Counted from the stretch's first letter, positions 1-12,513 are shown. The stretch: DNA of 20,000 nucleotides from Gonapodya sp. JEL0774 (GCA_027604505.1 JADIIX010000107.1:53687-73686), one strand, 5' to 3'. A program made the numbers and translations. The notes: generated by a model not told the origin, from the letters alone.

Positions 1-3000
1 ACAGATTGGCGGAGATCGCGGCGAATCCCGTCCACCACCAAGAGTATGCTGTGGCCCACGAGGCGTTGAAGCACGCTGCAAGTACAGGTGGTGCGTTCTT
101 CGCACCGTCAGCAAAGTCACCTGCTGTCGACGATTCGGCATCCGGGAAAGCTCCAGCCCACGGCACTCCCACTGCCGCGCACGCGATCGCTCACGTTCGG
201 GGTTCCCTCTTCCCGCATGCCGCTTCTGTCCTCCCCCCCTCAACCCGCGTTGTGGTCTTGTCGTCATCCCCCCTCACTGCATCCTTGCACGCCCATCCAA
301 GCCCCGCCGAAGTGGCGGTAATTGCAGTGGACACCCTGGCCACGGTAGAACATGTTGCTGTGGCTGTCAAGGCAGGAGCAAAAGTTGTGGCGGTAGAAGA
401 TGGATATGCTGGGGTTGTGCAGGCGTTGAAGTGAGTGGAAGGTTTCCGTGTTTTCGTGAAGGAACTTTTGCTGACCTTCCTTTATGATACAGAATTGCAC
501 TCGCCACCCACAGCAAACCCGGACCGGTGCATGTCCACTCTGTGCGCGCGCTGGGAACTGCGCTGAGCAAGGAGGAGTGGCACGAGTTTGTCACATCAGT
601 ATGTACAAGTTTCCGTCAATGATTTCTTCCAAAGCAAGTTTTGATTGCATCCGATAATCTTTCTCCCAAAATTCATTGCACTTGCTCTGAACGCATCAGA
701 CATTGACGAGCCACCTACCTTCCTCGCTCGGTCACCCCGCGACGCCGGCCACTTCAAGTCCGCACACTTTCCCAGCCCCATTGACCCCTTACCTGTCCTC
801 TCTACACACCATCCTCCCTCGCATACTTGTCCTCCCCCAGCCCGGCACCGCCTCGGTGTTTTCAGTCGGCGCCGCTATAGCTCAAGTAGCAAAGTGGAAC
901 GCCGCAGTCGCCGCAGCCGTCGCCAAAGCCGCCACTATAGGAGGGGAGGTCGAGTCCGTGGTGCGAGGGTGGAGTGTGGGGGAACAAGGCGTGAGTGAGG
1001 TGGAAGAGGTGCTCGCGCGTTATGGGAAGCAGAATCTTGTGGAAGGTGTGAGGGAAGTCGGGGGGAAAGCGGGATTGGAGAGGCCGGGGTGGTGGGTGGT
1101 GGCAGTAGAGGGCATCGATAGGTGAGTAATATTCTGGGAGGCTGAGTTATGCCAGAATTGTTGGGGACCGGTGGCACTAACATCCTTTCGCCGTCGCTTC
1201 CCTCCTATAAGTTCGGACCCATCCACTGCCCTTCACACCCTTCTCGCCTCACAACTACCGATTAAGCTTCTCCTCCTCACTACCACACCAATCGACCCTT
1301 CATCGCCCACACGTCCTAAAGACTTCGCCTTGCCCGCTTTACTCCACAACACGGCTTTTGTAGCCTCCACGTCTCACTCTGCGAATCCCACTCACTCGCA
1401 CACCGTCCTCAAGCTTGCAGCCCACTTCCCCGGTCCTTCCGTCGTGGTAGCCTACGAGCCCCGTGCCGGAGGTCGAACCGCTGGAGTAAAAGAAGCGAAA
1501 AAGGCAGTAGAAGATGGCGCATGGCCCATGTACAGATGGGATCCGCGCGGGGATGGAGAGTGGAAGCTGGAAGAAGGGAAAGTCAGTCGGCAGGTTGACG
1601 GGTGGTTAAAGCGGGGCCAAGAGCTCAGGTGCGTTCAGGATTTGGGTTGTTCAGCACTTCTTACATCAAGTTTTCGCAAAATTCTATTATGAACGTAGTT
1701 TGCTTTCCAAGCCCCAACCCTCCATTCCTCCGGCGTTCGGATCCTCCCTCGAAGGGGACCTGTCTCTTGCCGCGCAGCGAGCATCTTCGCGGGCTTATGA
1801 TCGCTTGCTCGCATCTCTGTCTTCCACTCCGCTTCTGATTCTCTACGGCTCCGATGGTGGAGCTGCGTCATCCGTGGCGAAGAGGCTCGCTGCACAGGGA
1901 ACCAAACACGGGTTTGCACCCAAAGTCGTCGCCGCCGATGAAGTGCCCGTTGAGGCAATTGTTGAGGCGGGTAAAGTAGTCTTTGTTGTGAGCACAGCAG
2001 GGCAGGGGGAGTTTCCTGGCAACGCAAGGGAAACGTGGCGTGCGGTGAGCAAGTGCAAGAAGGGTGAATTGCCGTGGGAAGGAGTGGAGTTCGGAGTGTT
2101 TGCGATGGGTGACTCAGCGTATTGGGGAAAGGGTACCGTTGAAAGCGTGAAGTACTTCGCGAAAGCGGGCAAGGATTTAAACGCGAAACTGGTGTCATTG
2201 GGGGCTAAGGAGCTCGCGGAAATCGGGTTGGGAGATGATCAGGCGGCTGACGGTGAGAGATACGCCATTGAGACAACGGTTGAGCCAACCCTTCTCATCA
2301 CATTCCCTTCTTCAGGCTATAATACCGCCTTCCACGCTTGGACCGTCTCCCTCTGGACCTCACTTGGTGTTGAGGGTGTGGGTCCCGAAGCGGAGCCCCT
2401 TATCGCCCCCGACGATGGTATAAAGGAGGCCAGCAACTTCTTACGGGGCTCCATTCTGGAGAGTTTGGCAGATGAGACTACTGGTGCAGTCGCAGAGTTA
2501 GATACAAAAATGTTGAAGTTTCACGGGACATACATGCAGGATGGTGAGCAGGACTGCTTCTAATTTTTCTGGATGGAACTGTTACGTGACACTTTTTCGT
2601 CACACTTCCAAAGACCGAGACATCCGTGACGACCGCAAGCATGCCGGTCTCGAACCTGCTTATTCCTTCATGATTCGGGTCCGCCTCCCCGGTGGCGTTG
2701 CCACGCCCGCTCAATGGCTGGCGATGGACACCATTGCGGCCGAAACCGCCAACGGTACGCTGAAGATCACGACCCGGCAGACCTTCCAACTCCACGGGGT
2801 GGTGAAAAAAAACTTGAAGAAAACCATGCAAGGAATTAATGCAGCATTGATGGATACAATTGCGGCTTGCGGTAGGTAGTGTTTGCCGCTGTACTCTATT
2901 GCTTGTGGACTTGCGGCAATTTCGTCTGATCGTCCCGACATCCTTCTCCACAGGGGACGTTAACCGTAACGTAACATGCAACCCTATTCCATACCAGAGC

Positions 3001-4587
3001 GAGCACCACATGGAGGCCTATGAGTTCGCAAAAACGTTTAGCGAGCACCTCTTACCAAAGACCAATGCGTACCACGAGATTTGGCTCGACAAGAAACTCG
3101 TCGCTACCACTCAGGAGGATGAAGAGCCGTTCTATGGAGCTAGTGAGTGGAATGGCAATCGATCGAAAATTCGTCTCCATTCGGCTCCGAACTCGAACTG
3201 AACGTTTTGTAACATTAAGCCTATCTCCCCCGCAAATTCAAGTGTGCTGTCGCGATTCCGCCTTCTAACGATGTGGACATATTCACCAATGATCTTGGCT
3301 TCATCGGCATCATTGAACACGGCAAGCTCGTCGGTTATAACCTTACTGTCGGTGGTGGAATGGGTGCAACTCACGGCAACAAGAAGACGTACCCTAGGTT
3401 GGGTGATGTGCTAGGTTATGTGAGCAAAGAGCGTGCTTTAGATGCCGGCAGGGAGGTTATTGCTGTTCAGAGGGACCACGGTGACCGGACCAACAGGAAA
3501 GTGGGTGTGCACATGTCGTTGCTTTGATGTAAAGTTCATGAACACTCCGATCCAATTTTGCAGCATGCCCGTTTAAAATACACCATCGACGACCACGGTC
3601 TTGACTGGTTCCGTGGTGAGGTTGAAAAAAGGTGACTTTGATAGATCAATTTCTGTCGGTGCAAGCCTTCGTAAACACCAAGACATATCGGTTTCCATTG
3701 CTCACAGGTTGGGATTTAAGTTTTTGCCCGCGAAGCCCTTTCATTTCGAGGAGAATGGCGACCGATTTGGCTGGACTTCCAATTTCGACGGTACTTCCAA
3801 CTTCACCCTTTTCATTGAGAATGGTCGTGTTCACGACACGGCGGACTTTCCCATGAAGACGGCGCTTCGTGAGCTTGCTCAATGGCACAAGGGCGACTTC
3901 CGTCTGACCACGAACCAGCACCTCGTAATTGCAAGAATACCGCTTGCCGATAGGGCGAAGTTCCAGCAATGGTTGTCAAGGTACCCATTGTTTGATCCCA
4001 AGGGGTATTCAGGGGCTCGGTTGTTCTCTGCTGCATGGTGAGTTATGGGTCTAGAATATGTTGAGTGGATCGTACAGGACCGGACTAAACTGTTCTTACG
4101 TCATCAGCGTTGCACTGCCGACTTGTGGCCTTGCATTTGCTGAGAGTGAGCGGTATCTCCCCCACCTCATTACTAAGCTTGAGGACGTTTTGGAAGAGTC
4201 CGGCCTCCGCAACGATGCTATCGTTGTCAGAATGACTGGTGAGTCTGAGGCACCAGGAACTTCAGTTGGCTCCAATTCATATTATCTTTGGAACACGTCA
4301 TAGGTTGCCCCAATGGGTGTGCTCGCCCATACAATGCAGAGCTTGCCTTTGTTGGGAAAGCTGCGGGGTCCTATAATGTATTGATGGGTGGTGCCTTCAA
4401 TGGCAGTCGATTGGCCAAACTCTACAAGGAATCTCTTGGAGAAGACGAAATCATCAAGGAGCTAGCGCCCATTATCAAACGATACGCTCTGGAAAGGAAT
4501 GACGGGGAGAAGTTTGGGGACTTTGTCATCAGGGTTGGGTACGTCAAGAAGGTGGTGGTTGCGAAGACAGATTTTAACGACTTTTGA
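1..4587 (+). CDS. MET5: Assimilatory sulfite reductase beta (hemoprotein) subunit, fungal MET5/ECM17/Sir1 type: divergent PFOR-like N-terminus, flavodoxin, NIR/SIR siroheme-4Fe4S domains; 5' end lies outside the window
   Basis: Flavodoxin motifs [18 protein letters not shown] and FAMGDSAY. Hemoprotein motifs [49 protein letters not shown] and TGCPNGC. Proposed introns: 431-492, 599-699, 1122-1211, 1629-1698, 2253-2315, 2544-2613, 2872-2953, 3143-3219, 3501-3563, 3632-3707, 4038-4107, 4239-4303. Removing them restores one frame to TGA at 4585-4587. Confidence 0.95.
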
Positions 4588-4794
4588 GGCATTGTTGTTT
4601 GTAGTAAGCATAGAGGCTGGATTGTCCTGGCCCGTTTTAGAGTACAGATGCAATGCACACGCTATCCATGTATTTTAGTTTCTGAAAAAGGAGTGATGAT
4701 TTCCAACATGACATGTAATCATTCAGCATTGCATCACCAAGGAGTCTGGAAGAGGCTCGAGCACTGGCACCGCACAAGTCGGACAACCATCACG

Positions 4795-7700
4795 ATGAGG
4801 TGAGACAGTGGCCGATTGACAAAACCCAGATGGAATCGGCATGTTGGCGAAAGGATCAGAAGAACTCTGGTGAATCGGATCGCGATTGGCAACCCTCTCC
4901 ACACAGAGGTCAGCGCGTGGGTCGAAAGATAAGATGCCGACAGATAGTGATCACAGACAGGATTGCTTAAATAAAATGCAGGAGCTTTGCTGCCAACGTG
5001 GACAAAATGGAACAGCCGAACTGCAGAATAGGCGTTCTTCTCTGCAGAGTGTAACTTTGCTTCACCTTACAGCGAATCCATTCGAGTATATATAAGACCA
5101 CGTCCACTCAAACACAATGAGATGAGATCTCGTTCTTTCAAGCTCAACGGCAACACCGTCACATGTGGCCTCGAAGCTCCTCCAGGTAGTGGACAGGTGC
5201 CACCTCCTACCTTCACATTCGACAAGGTCGGCACCGAGGCGACAACACAAGAGGAAGTCTGGGACGTTCTGGGCAGGGAAGCTTGCGATCGATTTCTTAA
5301 TGGCTTCAACGGAAGTGTGTTCTGCTATGGCCAGGTGAGCACAGTCATCCGCAAGGTTCAAATGGCCCCAGACTACGATAGAGCACCTTAACTGACGGCC
5401 ATCAGAAGAAACTTGAAGCTAGAGATGGCTTGAGCGCACTACTGGCGTGCTAGCGTTCTTGTTGAGCAGTGGGGGTGGGAGAGAGACTTCAATCAGTCGC
5501 CATCCTAGCCCGGAGAACCGGGCGGATTGACAAATCGGGGTTTTCGCTAAACCCCTTTCCTCTTTGTTTTTTCTGCTATCTTCGACTCTTCTACCGAGCG
5601 AAGACCGGTACCGGCAAGACCTACACCATGATGGGATCACCGGACAAAAAGGGAATTCTGCCCCGAGCGTGAGTTCACTTCATGGCAACGGACAGAACTT
5701 GTATGGCAACCAAGCACAAGATCGCTGTGCAAAAGGGTGACCGCGCTGTAGGGTAGCCGCAATTCGATTGTCGCTCGTAGGAGAATGCACACAGGTCGCT
5801 GCTCTACGGAAACACAGGGTGCACGTCGCTTGATCGTCTCATCTGTCCTGGTGGGATGGGGAGCCTTGGCCAAGAAGATTCCGCTTTCTCCCTTATACAA
5901 GTGTAACCTGTGACCCGTCATCTGTCTTCCCCTTCCCATCCACACCACCAGTATCGATCACATCTTCGCCCGCCTTGCTCACCTTCGCTCCAACCACCCC
6001 ACAATGGACGCCGTCGTGCGCATTTCCTACCTGGAACTATACAACGAGAACCTGAGGGACTTATTGAGACCAGGAAGTGCTGCCGCAGGACCGGGTGGTT
6101 CAATGGCGGTCGGGACAATGTGCACTTTGAGGGAAGATAGCAAGAAGGGGGTATGGGTGGAAGGTGAGTGGTATGGGAGAGAGCCTTGGAGGTGCCCTAC
6201 AGGAACTGAGTGTGGATGGGGTAGGCGTTTCAAATTCCAATCCTGAGGATTCCCGAGTATCTCGGTGGGAAAGGAGGCAAGGGGAAACTGGTCAAAGATA
6301 AACGTCTGGAGAGCGTCACGTGTAGAGGAGGGGGCACTTCGTAGGTGATCATGAAAAGATCTCCCTTTTGCCCGACCTATTGCACTCTCGGGTTTCCCCG
6401 TCCGTTAATCACCTGCACCTCCTCCCTTCAGGGTGCATTGACGACCCTGTTTCCACAGCTCAAGCCGCGCACTCGCTCCTTCTTCAAGGAACCGCAGAAC
6501 GGACCGTCGCGGCTACTATGGCCAACGAGCGGTCGTCGCGATCCCACGCGATTTTTACCCTCACACTCAGGAGGACCGAAAAGGGTAGATCAGAACTTCC
6601 GAGAGGCAAGGAGGGAAACGATGGGAATAACGGGTCGGTCAGGGAGGTTGTCGAGAGTAAAATCCACTTCGTGGATTTGGCGGTGTGTAAAAAAAATTAG
6701 TTGAGTGAGCATGAATTGCTCGCTACTAACATGATTTCTTCGTGGCCCCATACGCGGAACCTTCACAGGGATCTGAACGCCAGAAATTTACAGCTGCCCA
6801 GGGAATCCGTCTCAAGGAGGCAGGGTCCATCAACAAATCTCTCCACGCTCTTTCTCGTGTGCTAGACTCACTCGTCGCACGGACCAAGGCCGCCGCGGCA
6901 TCATCAGCGTCAGCGCCATCGAGCTTCAGTTCGGTTGGAGGAATTGGAGCGGGCTTCACCAATTTCAGAGATTCCAAGCTGACGTTTTTGCTCAAAGATG
7001 CTCTTGGAGGGAATTGTGTGACATGGGTAGTGGGCTGTGTTGCGGCAGCGCAGGCGGCAATGGGCGAGAGTGGGTTTCGTTTGAGCGGCGGATGCTCCAA
7101 CGTCATAATCTGACTTCGGCCAGTTTAAGAGTTCTTTGAGGATTGCTCACACTTTCCATTCACCATCTCCCGTCTTAAGCGCTTTCTACTCTGCGATTCG
7201 CCAACAATGCCAAGCAAATAAAGAATCCTGCTACCAGAAATGTGGAGATTGAAGGTGCGCCAATTCACGCATCACTCGTGAACGATTACCGTTCTCACTT
7301 CCAACAACGGACAGCCTCATCCTTTCAGGCGATGCAATCTGAGGTTGTTCGTCTGCGTGCGGAACTCGCCGATTTGCGAACCTCCCTCGCCTCCTGCGCC
7401 GCGCCGTCTCCCCCAACTCCGATCCGCTCGCCACTCCGTGTCAGCGATGCCCAATCAGTTGACGTGCCCCAAGGTGATACTACACCCGTTTTCGATGGCC
7501 CGGATGGGCGAGAAGTGGTGGCAAAGTTGTTGGCCAAACTGGAGGAGATGAGAGAGCTCTACGAGGCAAATTCAAAGGCTCAAAAGGAGCATGTTGGAAG
7601 ACTAGAGCGCGCTTTACAGCAACAACGAATGGTGAGTTTAAACTTCTTGCAGATTGATCATCGCATTCTATTCAGCTCGAGGGCTATATTTTGTATTCGG

Positions 7701-9733
7701 GCGATATTCTTTGAGCAGGCCCTAAAACTGAAGGACAGTAACAGCCGTAATGCAACGACTCCCTTCTGTCCCGCCGACTCACCGTGTCCGCCACCTCGTG
7801 GGCCCCCCGCAGCTCCAGAAGACGTTGTCGCTCTTCAGCGCGAAGTAGACCGGCTCACCCATTTTAATCCCGATGTGACGCGTTTTGCTGCAGAAAACCT
7901 CGAACTCCGTGCACGTCTGGCGCGTCTGGAGACCCCCTCAGCGGTAGATGATCATGAATTCACACGGTATCTTCAGCAAGTACTGGAGGAGAACAGCCGC
8001 CTGCGCTCCCCGGAGTTAGTGCAACGTCTGGAAGCGGAATTGCAAGCTGCAATCGCCGCCGGATCCGAGCTGGGTGAAACGATGGCGGCTGCAGAAGAAG
8101 CCTGTAAGGATTTGAGGAAAGAGAATGACGAGATGCGGTCGCTTTTCGAGTCGAGCGTGAAACAGAATGAAGAGCTCAGAACGCAAGTTTCGAAGCAGGG
8201 GACAGTCCACGCGGAAGTTTCCTCTGAGCTCGCCGAAGCCCGGGCACACTGTTTGAACTTGGCCAGCCGAGTCTCTCAGTTGGAAGGCGAGCTCGCTCGA
8301 CGTAGGCGGGAGTCTGCTGTACTAGATATTGAGAGGAAGATCATTGAATTGGAGCGGAGATGTGAAACCGAGAGACAGCGGACGATCAAAGCGGAAGCAA
8401 AATGCTCCGACATTTCCGTGAAGGCAGAAATGAAGTGCGCGGAAATGGCGGCGGAGGTGGAGAAGTTAGCCAGAGAGCTGGAAGAGGCGAAAGCGCAGGT
8501 ATGTTCAAGTTCTGAGGGCCATGCCATTTGCACATATCAATGTCCTCTCTCGAAACCCAAGCTTTCGACTTTGGAGGGTGTCGATGAATCCTATCAGATC
8601 CTGAAGGAAGACAACTCCCAACTCGCTATCAGTTTGAACGAAACTAGAGCTCATGCAGCGCGTTTGGAAGCACATCTCCAGGCTTACAGGGATTCCACGA
8701 GTCAGCATGACGCGGAAGTGGTTGCGGAGGCAAACGAGTCCTTGAAGCAACTGGTGGGTTTAGCGGACATTAGTGCTTCACACTATATCACTGGACTCCT
8801 TGCGATCTATAAATCAGGCCGCCACTGTTTTGAAACTCGAATCGGACTTAGTTGCGAAGTCTGGAGACCTGGACACAGTACATTCCATCAATCGTGGTCT
8901 TACCGAACAACTTAAAGTGCTGAGAGCGGTTGAAGACGAGTTGAAATCTGTTAAGGGGCAGATCTCGCAGCTCACCAGCGAGAAGAACGGACTTGCTTTG
9001 GACAACGATCAGCTTCTTTTCGAAAACACTCTGCTCACTGAAGAGTTTGAAAAAGAGCAAATAGCCAGGAATCACGCAGTAGAAGAGATAACATCATTGC
9101 GGACAGAGCTGGAGACATTGCGAAATAGGATTGTGGATCTTGAAATGCAACATGAGCATCAACTTCACATGAACGTCGGATTTTCTCGTTCGGAATCAGC
9201 AAACGACGACGCCCTCATGCTCGATTCAGAGCTGGATGACCACGAGAGCAACGACGAAATGACGATTTCCAACAAAGAATTTGCAAAAATTCTTGCGGAG
9301 AAGGAGAACGCAGGAAAACACGCAGAGAACGCACAGGAGGAGCTAATGTCACTCAGAGCAGAGTACCGAAAGTTGGCGGAGGAGCATGCAAAGGTTTTGC
9401 GAAGGTGCGTTTAATGACAATATTTTTTTCCGTCACCATCCTGTAACATCCATTTTGCATTGCAGTAACAAAAAACAAAAGGTTTGCCCACACATCATGC
9501 GCGACACTATCAATGCATCTCACCATTCAATTTTCCAGATTCATTACGTGGAACGTTTGAAGACAGAAAACAATACTTTGAAAGAAGAGCTCAAGAAGCT
9601 TCAACGAGATCACGGTACGTAGCGTTACTTGCGTTGTAGCAAAGATATCAACTGTTAAACTGCTTGATGGCCAGCTTTGGGTGTACAAGAAGTCTTGCTT
9701 GGGCGACCTACGAAGACTCCACATCGGCGATAA
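4795..9733 (+). CDS. KIF15: Kinesin-12 (KIF15/Klp2-like): N-terminal motor domain, long coiled-coil stalk, C-terminal basic leucine-zipper-like tail
   Basis: Spliced motor motifs ESIRVYIRPRP, FCYGQTGTGKTYTM, SYLELYNE, NERSSRSHAIF, FVDLAGSERQK, RLKEAGSINKSL, RDSKLTFLLKDALGGN and ETLSTLRFA. Kinesin-12-like NPDVTRFAAENLELR and tail NKKQKIHYVERLKTEN. Proposed introns: 4800-5072, 5335-5603, 5669-5951, 6164-6431, 6683-6768, 7070-7179, 7632-7718, 8499-8561, 8754-8817, 9405-9465, 9482-9538, 9615-9674. The 5-nt first exon is tentative, and so is the last exon (alternative stop at 9620-9622). The kinesin call is near certain; the subfamily is from recalled motifs. Confidence 0.85.
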
Positions 9734-9746
9734 ATGCAGCGTATAA

Positions 9747-11885
9747 TTATTCTATTGATTTGTTCTTTCTTTCCCGAATGCAATATAAACAATTGTCTGT
9801 GCCCGAATGGTTCATCGTACTTGCCACGTGTCGACAGTCTTACCCTCACCACCACTTACCAGAAGGCCCTCAGCCCAGTCAATGGCGAGCAACTTCTCAC
9901 ATCTACCATCATCTTTGCTTTCTCGCGTTGAGACAGCATACAACGCCCTGTCGCTCCGTAGATCCCAAATTCTCACTCGACCGTCATGGGACCCAGCAGC
10001 AACGTGAAAAGCGGAACTTGGGGACCAGCAAACAGTGGGTTGAAAAGAGTGGGAGTGAGAGTTCAGATGAAGTTTAACGAGGGACCCATCTGCAATTGTG
10101 GGATCAATATGCAGGACTTCGCTGAGTCAAATGCTACTTTGCAACACAAAACACTCCATACCGTTTGAACGCGGATCCCAGATCCGCAATATTCCATCCG
10201 CATGCCCTGTTGCAAGCATTGTCGAACTGTGCGAATGATCAACATCCAGTATAACTTTGTCGCACAGCTATGAGCGACATAGAAAAGTATAAGGCCGGAA
10301 CTCAAAGCGTCAGAGCATCTCACGTACCATTGATCGTACTTCCACTCCAACAGAAACGTCCCAGACCTTCACAGCGTGATCCCAGCCACCTGAATAGAGA
10401 CGATCTCCAGCCACCATATCGAAACACACGGATGAAATCGATACTGGATTTGCGGTTGTGGTGGACGGCCCCATGGTCATGAGCGGATTGATTTGCGGGA
10501 CTGACCGTGTTCCGAGTTTGCGCCGTTTGGATCGGTCATTATTCTCTGTTGACGCGGCAGTATCGGAGCCTGTGAGGGCTTGAGATTGTTGGCTGGAGTA
10601 GACGTGAATGTTTCCATCGGATGATGAGGAAGCGAACTGGTATATGGTGAGATTCACATGCGGAGTGTCGAGGCAGGCGCAGGAAACCAAGACATGCAGG
10701 TAACTTACATGTCTACTACTCCGACTCACTGCGACATCTGTGATTCCCCCGGAGTGGTCCTTGCAAGTGAACAGCGGTTGCGCTGGCTCCTTGTCTAACA
10801 TAATCTGTGAATGCGTGGGCGAAAATGAGAAAGTGATCCCGACTTCTATTGTGCCCCATTCACTTGTTGTCACAGACCTCCCACATTGTCACACTCTCAT
10901 CATCGGAACCCAGCAGACCAAATATTGACCGGTCCGCTGTAAACGAATATGACAAAATCTTCACACAAACGATCACAAAATTCTGCGCCTATTATTGTTT
11001 CTCACCTCGCATACTGTCCTCCGCCGCAATTCCAGTCCCCTCCACCCATGCTGCAGCTCGGAGCGGTTTTCGGCTACTTAGTTTACTGACACTGCAATTG
11101 GCTATGTCTCCACCAAAAGTCGCCAAGGTTTCTCCTGCACGATTTAATACACGGGCCAAGCCGTCGTAGGAAGAGGTGAGAATGTAGGAGCTAAGGTAAC
11201 GCTTTCATAAGTCCTTATGAACGTTACGCGCAAGCTCAAGCAGCCGAGGGCCTCACGTAATGGGGCTTACTGCCAAATCCGAGATCCAATCATCTTGAGG
11301 GAAGGATGCAAGATTTTTCGGTGGTTGGGATGAAAGGACGTACTCTAATTCGAGAACGGATTCCTGGGGAAGGAATTGTAAGCTATGCGATGATGGGATC
11401 GCAACCCATCAATAGCGTACACTAGAAAGTCCCTTATCCTCAATCAGATCGTGGATTGAGGTTCGAAGGAGGCGACCGTTCACGAGAAAGTCGAATGGGG
11501 TGGGGTTCGCTGATGGAGTGTGAGTTGAACCACCTGAACTCAAAACAGGATAAAATGAGACAGAAGAAAGACATACGGAGATCAAGAAGGTGGTTCACGA
11601 CCTCGGAGAGGCCAAAACGTCCTAGGGTTGACGGTAGCAAAAGGATGGGGGTAGCAGATGGCAGTCGCAGCGATGGGGTGGTAATGTTGGTTGTCAGTCG
11701 CACTTGAATTTTCTGGGAGGGAGTAGCATTCGATTCTGGCTGTGTAGGTAGAGCATTAGAATAGGATGTTAGCTCGACGAGAGGATTGGCCATTATTCGT
11801 TTTCTCTTTCCTGGGTTGTTTCGAGTCAACCGGCTCAGGTGCAGAAGGGAGTGTGGAGGCTGGCCAAACTCACCTCCGCAGTCAT
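9747..11885 (-). CDS. YTM1: Ribosome biogenesis protein YTM1/WDR12 (NLE/UBL domain plus WD40 propeller; PeBoW/Nop7 complex)
   Basis: Spliced N-terminal motifs RFGLSEVVNHLL, PFDFLVNGRLLRTS, ESVLELEY and PQDDWIS. WD repeats ILTSSYDG, YSGGWDHAVKVWD, LATGHADGILRIWDPR, AAGSHDGRVRIWDLR and LLVSGGED. Proposed first exon MTAE at 11885-11874 with intron 11873-11740; TAA at 9749-9747. Confidence 0.92.
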
Positions 11886-12513
11886 CTCACACACTATACT
11901 AATTCCAAACTCAGTTTCGATTCGAATGCACGCCTGATTCTATCGTGCAGAAGCCAATGAAGTCCACACGCAAGACCCTCGTAGTGTCAAGGAGCATGTC
12001 TCCATTGCCGGCTAGGCCACATAACTACTGCGTCACCAGTGGACGTTGCCGACCTCTTCGGGATCTTGAAACCACCAGATCTTGCTACATATGATGCCTT
12101 CGAAGTCGCAGAGGGTTGCGCGTTGGTTTGAACCTGTTTGGTTCCTTTGCTGATTGCCCATGAGTGATTGTCCTTACCCCCGTTAGTCATGGACGCGGCG
12201 TTTTCAACCCTGAGACCGCTTCGAACGACAGCGAATTCTCATTGCTTCTCTTGTGCCTTTCTACTCTCTGCACAAAGCAATCGTTGCAGAACCCTCCTTG
12301 AGTAGCAAAGGACACGTATTTTGTCGCTGTCTCGAGCTCATCAATGAAAAACAAGTTCGTCTTTGTTTCGCTGTGCCGTAAGATATCAGGAGAACCATTC
12401 AAGTTGTTCGACTTTCGTGCTCAGTGGAAATCATTCCGAGAAACAACAGCAAACCGTTCTGGCAAGGGATAATGACTTTGCACGCGTAAAGATATAATCT
12501 CATTCTCTATTAG

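Noticed and set aside
1635..3011. Long minus-strand ORFs opposite the sulfite reductase
   Set aside because: Antisense shadows of GC-rich coding sequence with no recognisable domains.
4886..5095. 69-aa ORF upstream of the kinesin motor
   Set aside because: It lies mostly in proposed intron 1, is out of frame with ESIRVYIRPRP and has no recognisable motif.
4800..6431. Intronic box C/D snoRNAs in the long kinesin introns
   Set aside because: No clear RTGATGA/CTGA pair with a terminal stem was seen by eye; a covariance search would be needed.
7242..8915. 557-aa ORF as a standalone coiled-coil gene
   Set aside because: It is the kinesin stalk reading through in-frame introns (7632-7718, 8499-8561) and going out of frame after 8754.
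11791..11885. uORF MTAEERENE* overlapping a downstream ATG (TAATG) via an alternative acceptor in YTM1 intron 1
   Set aside because: The acceptor at 11740 has good branch motifs and gives a simple in-frame N-terminus; nothing in the sequence supports use of the upstream acceptor.
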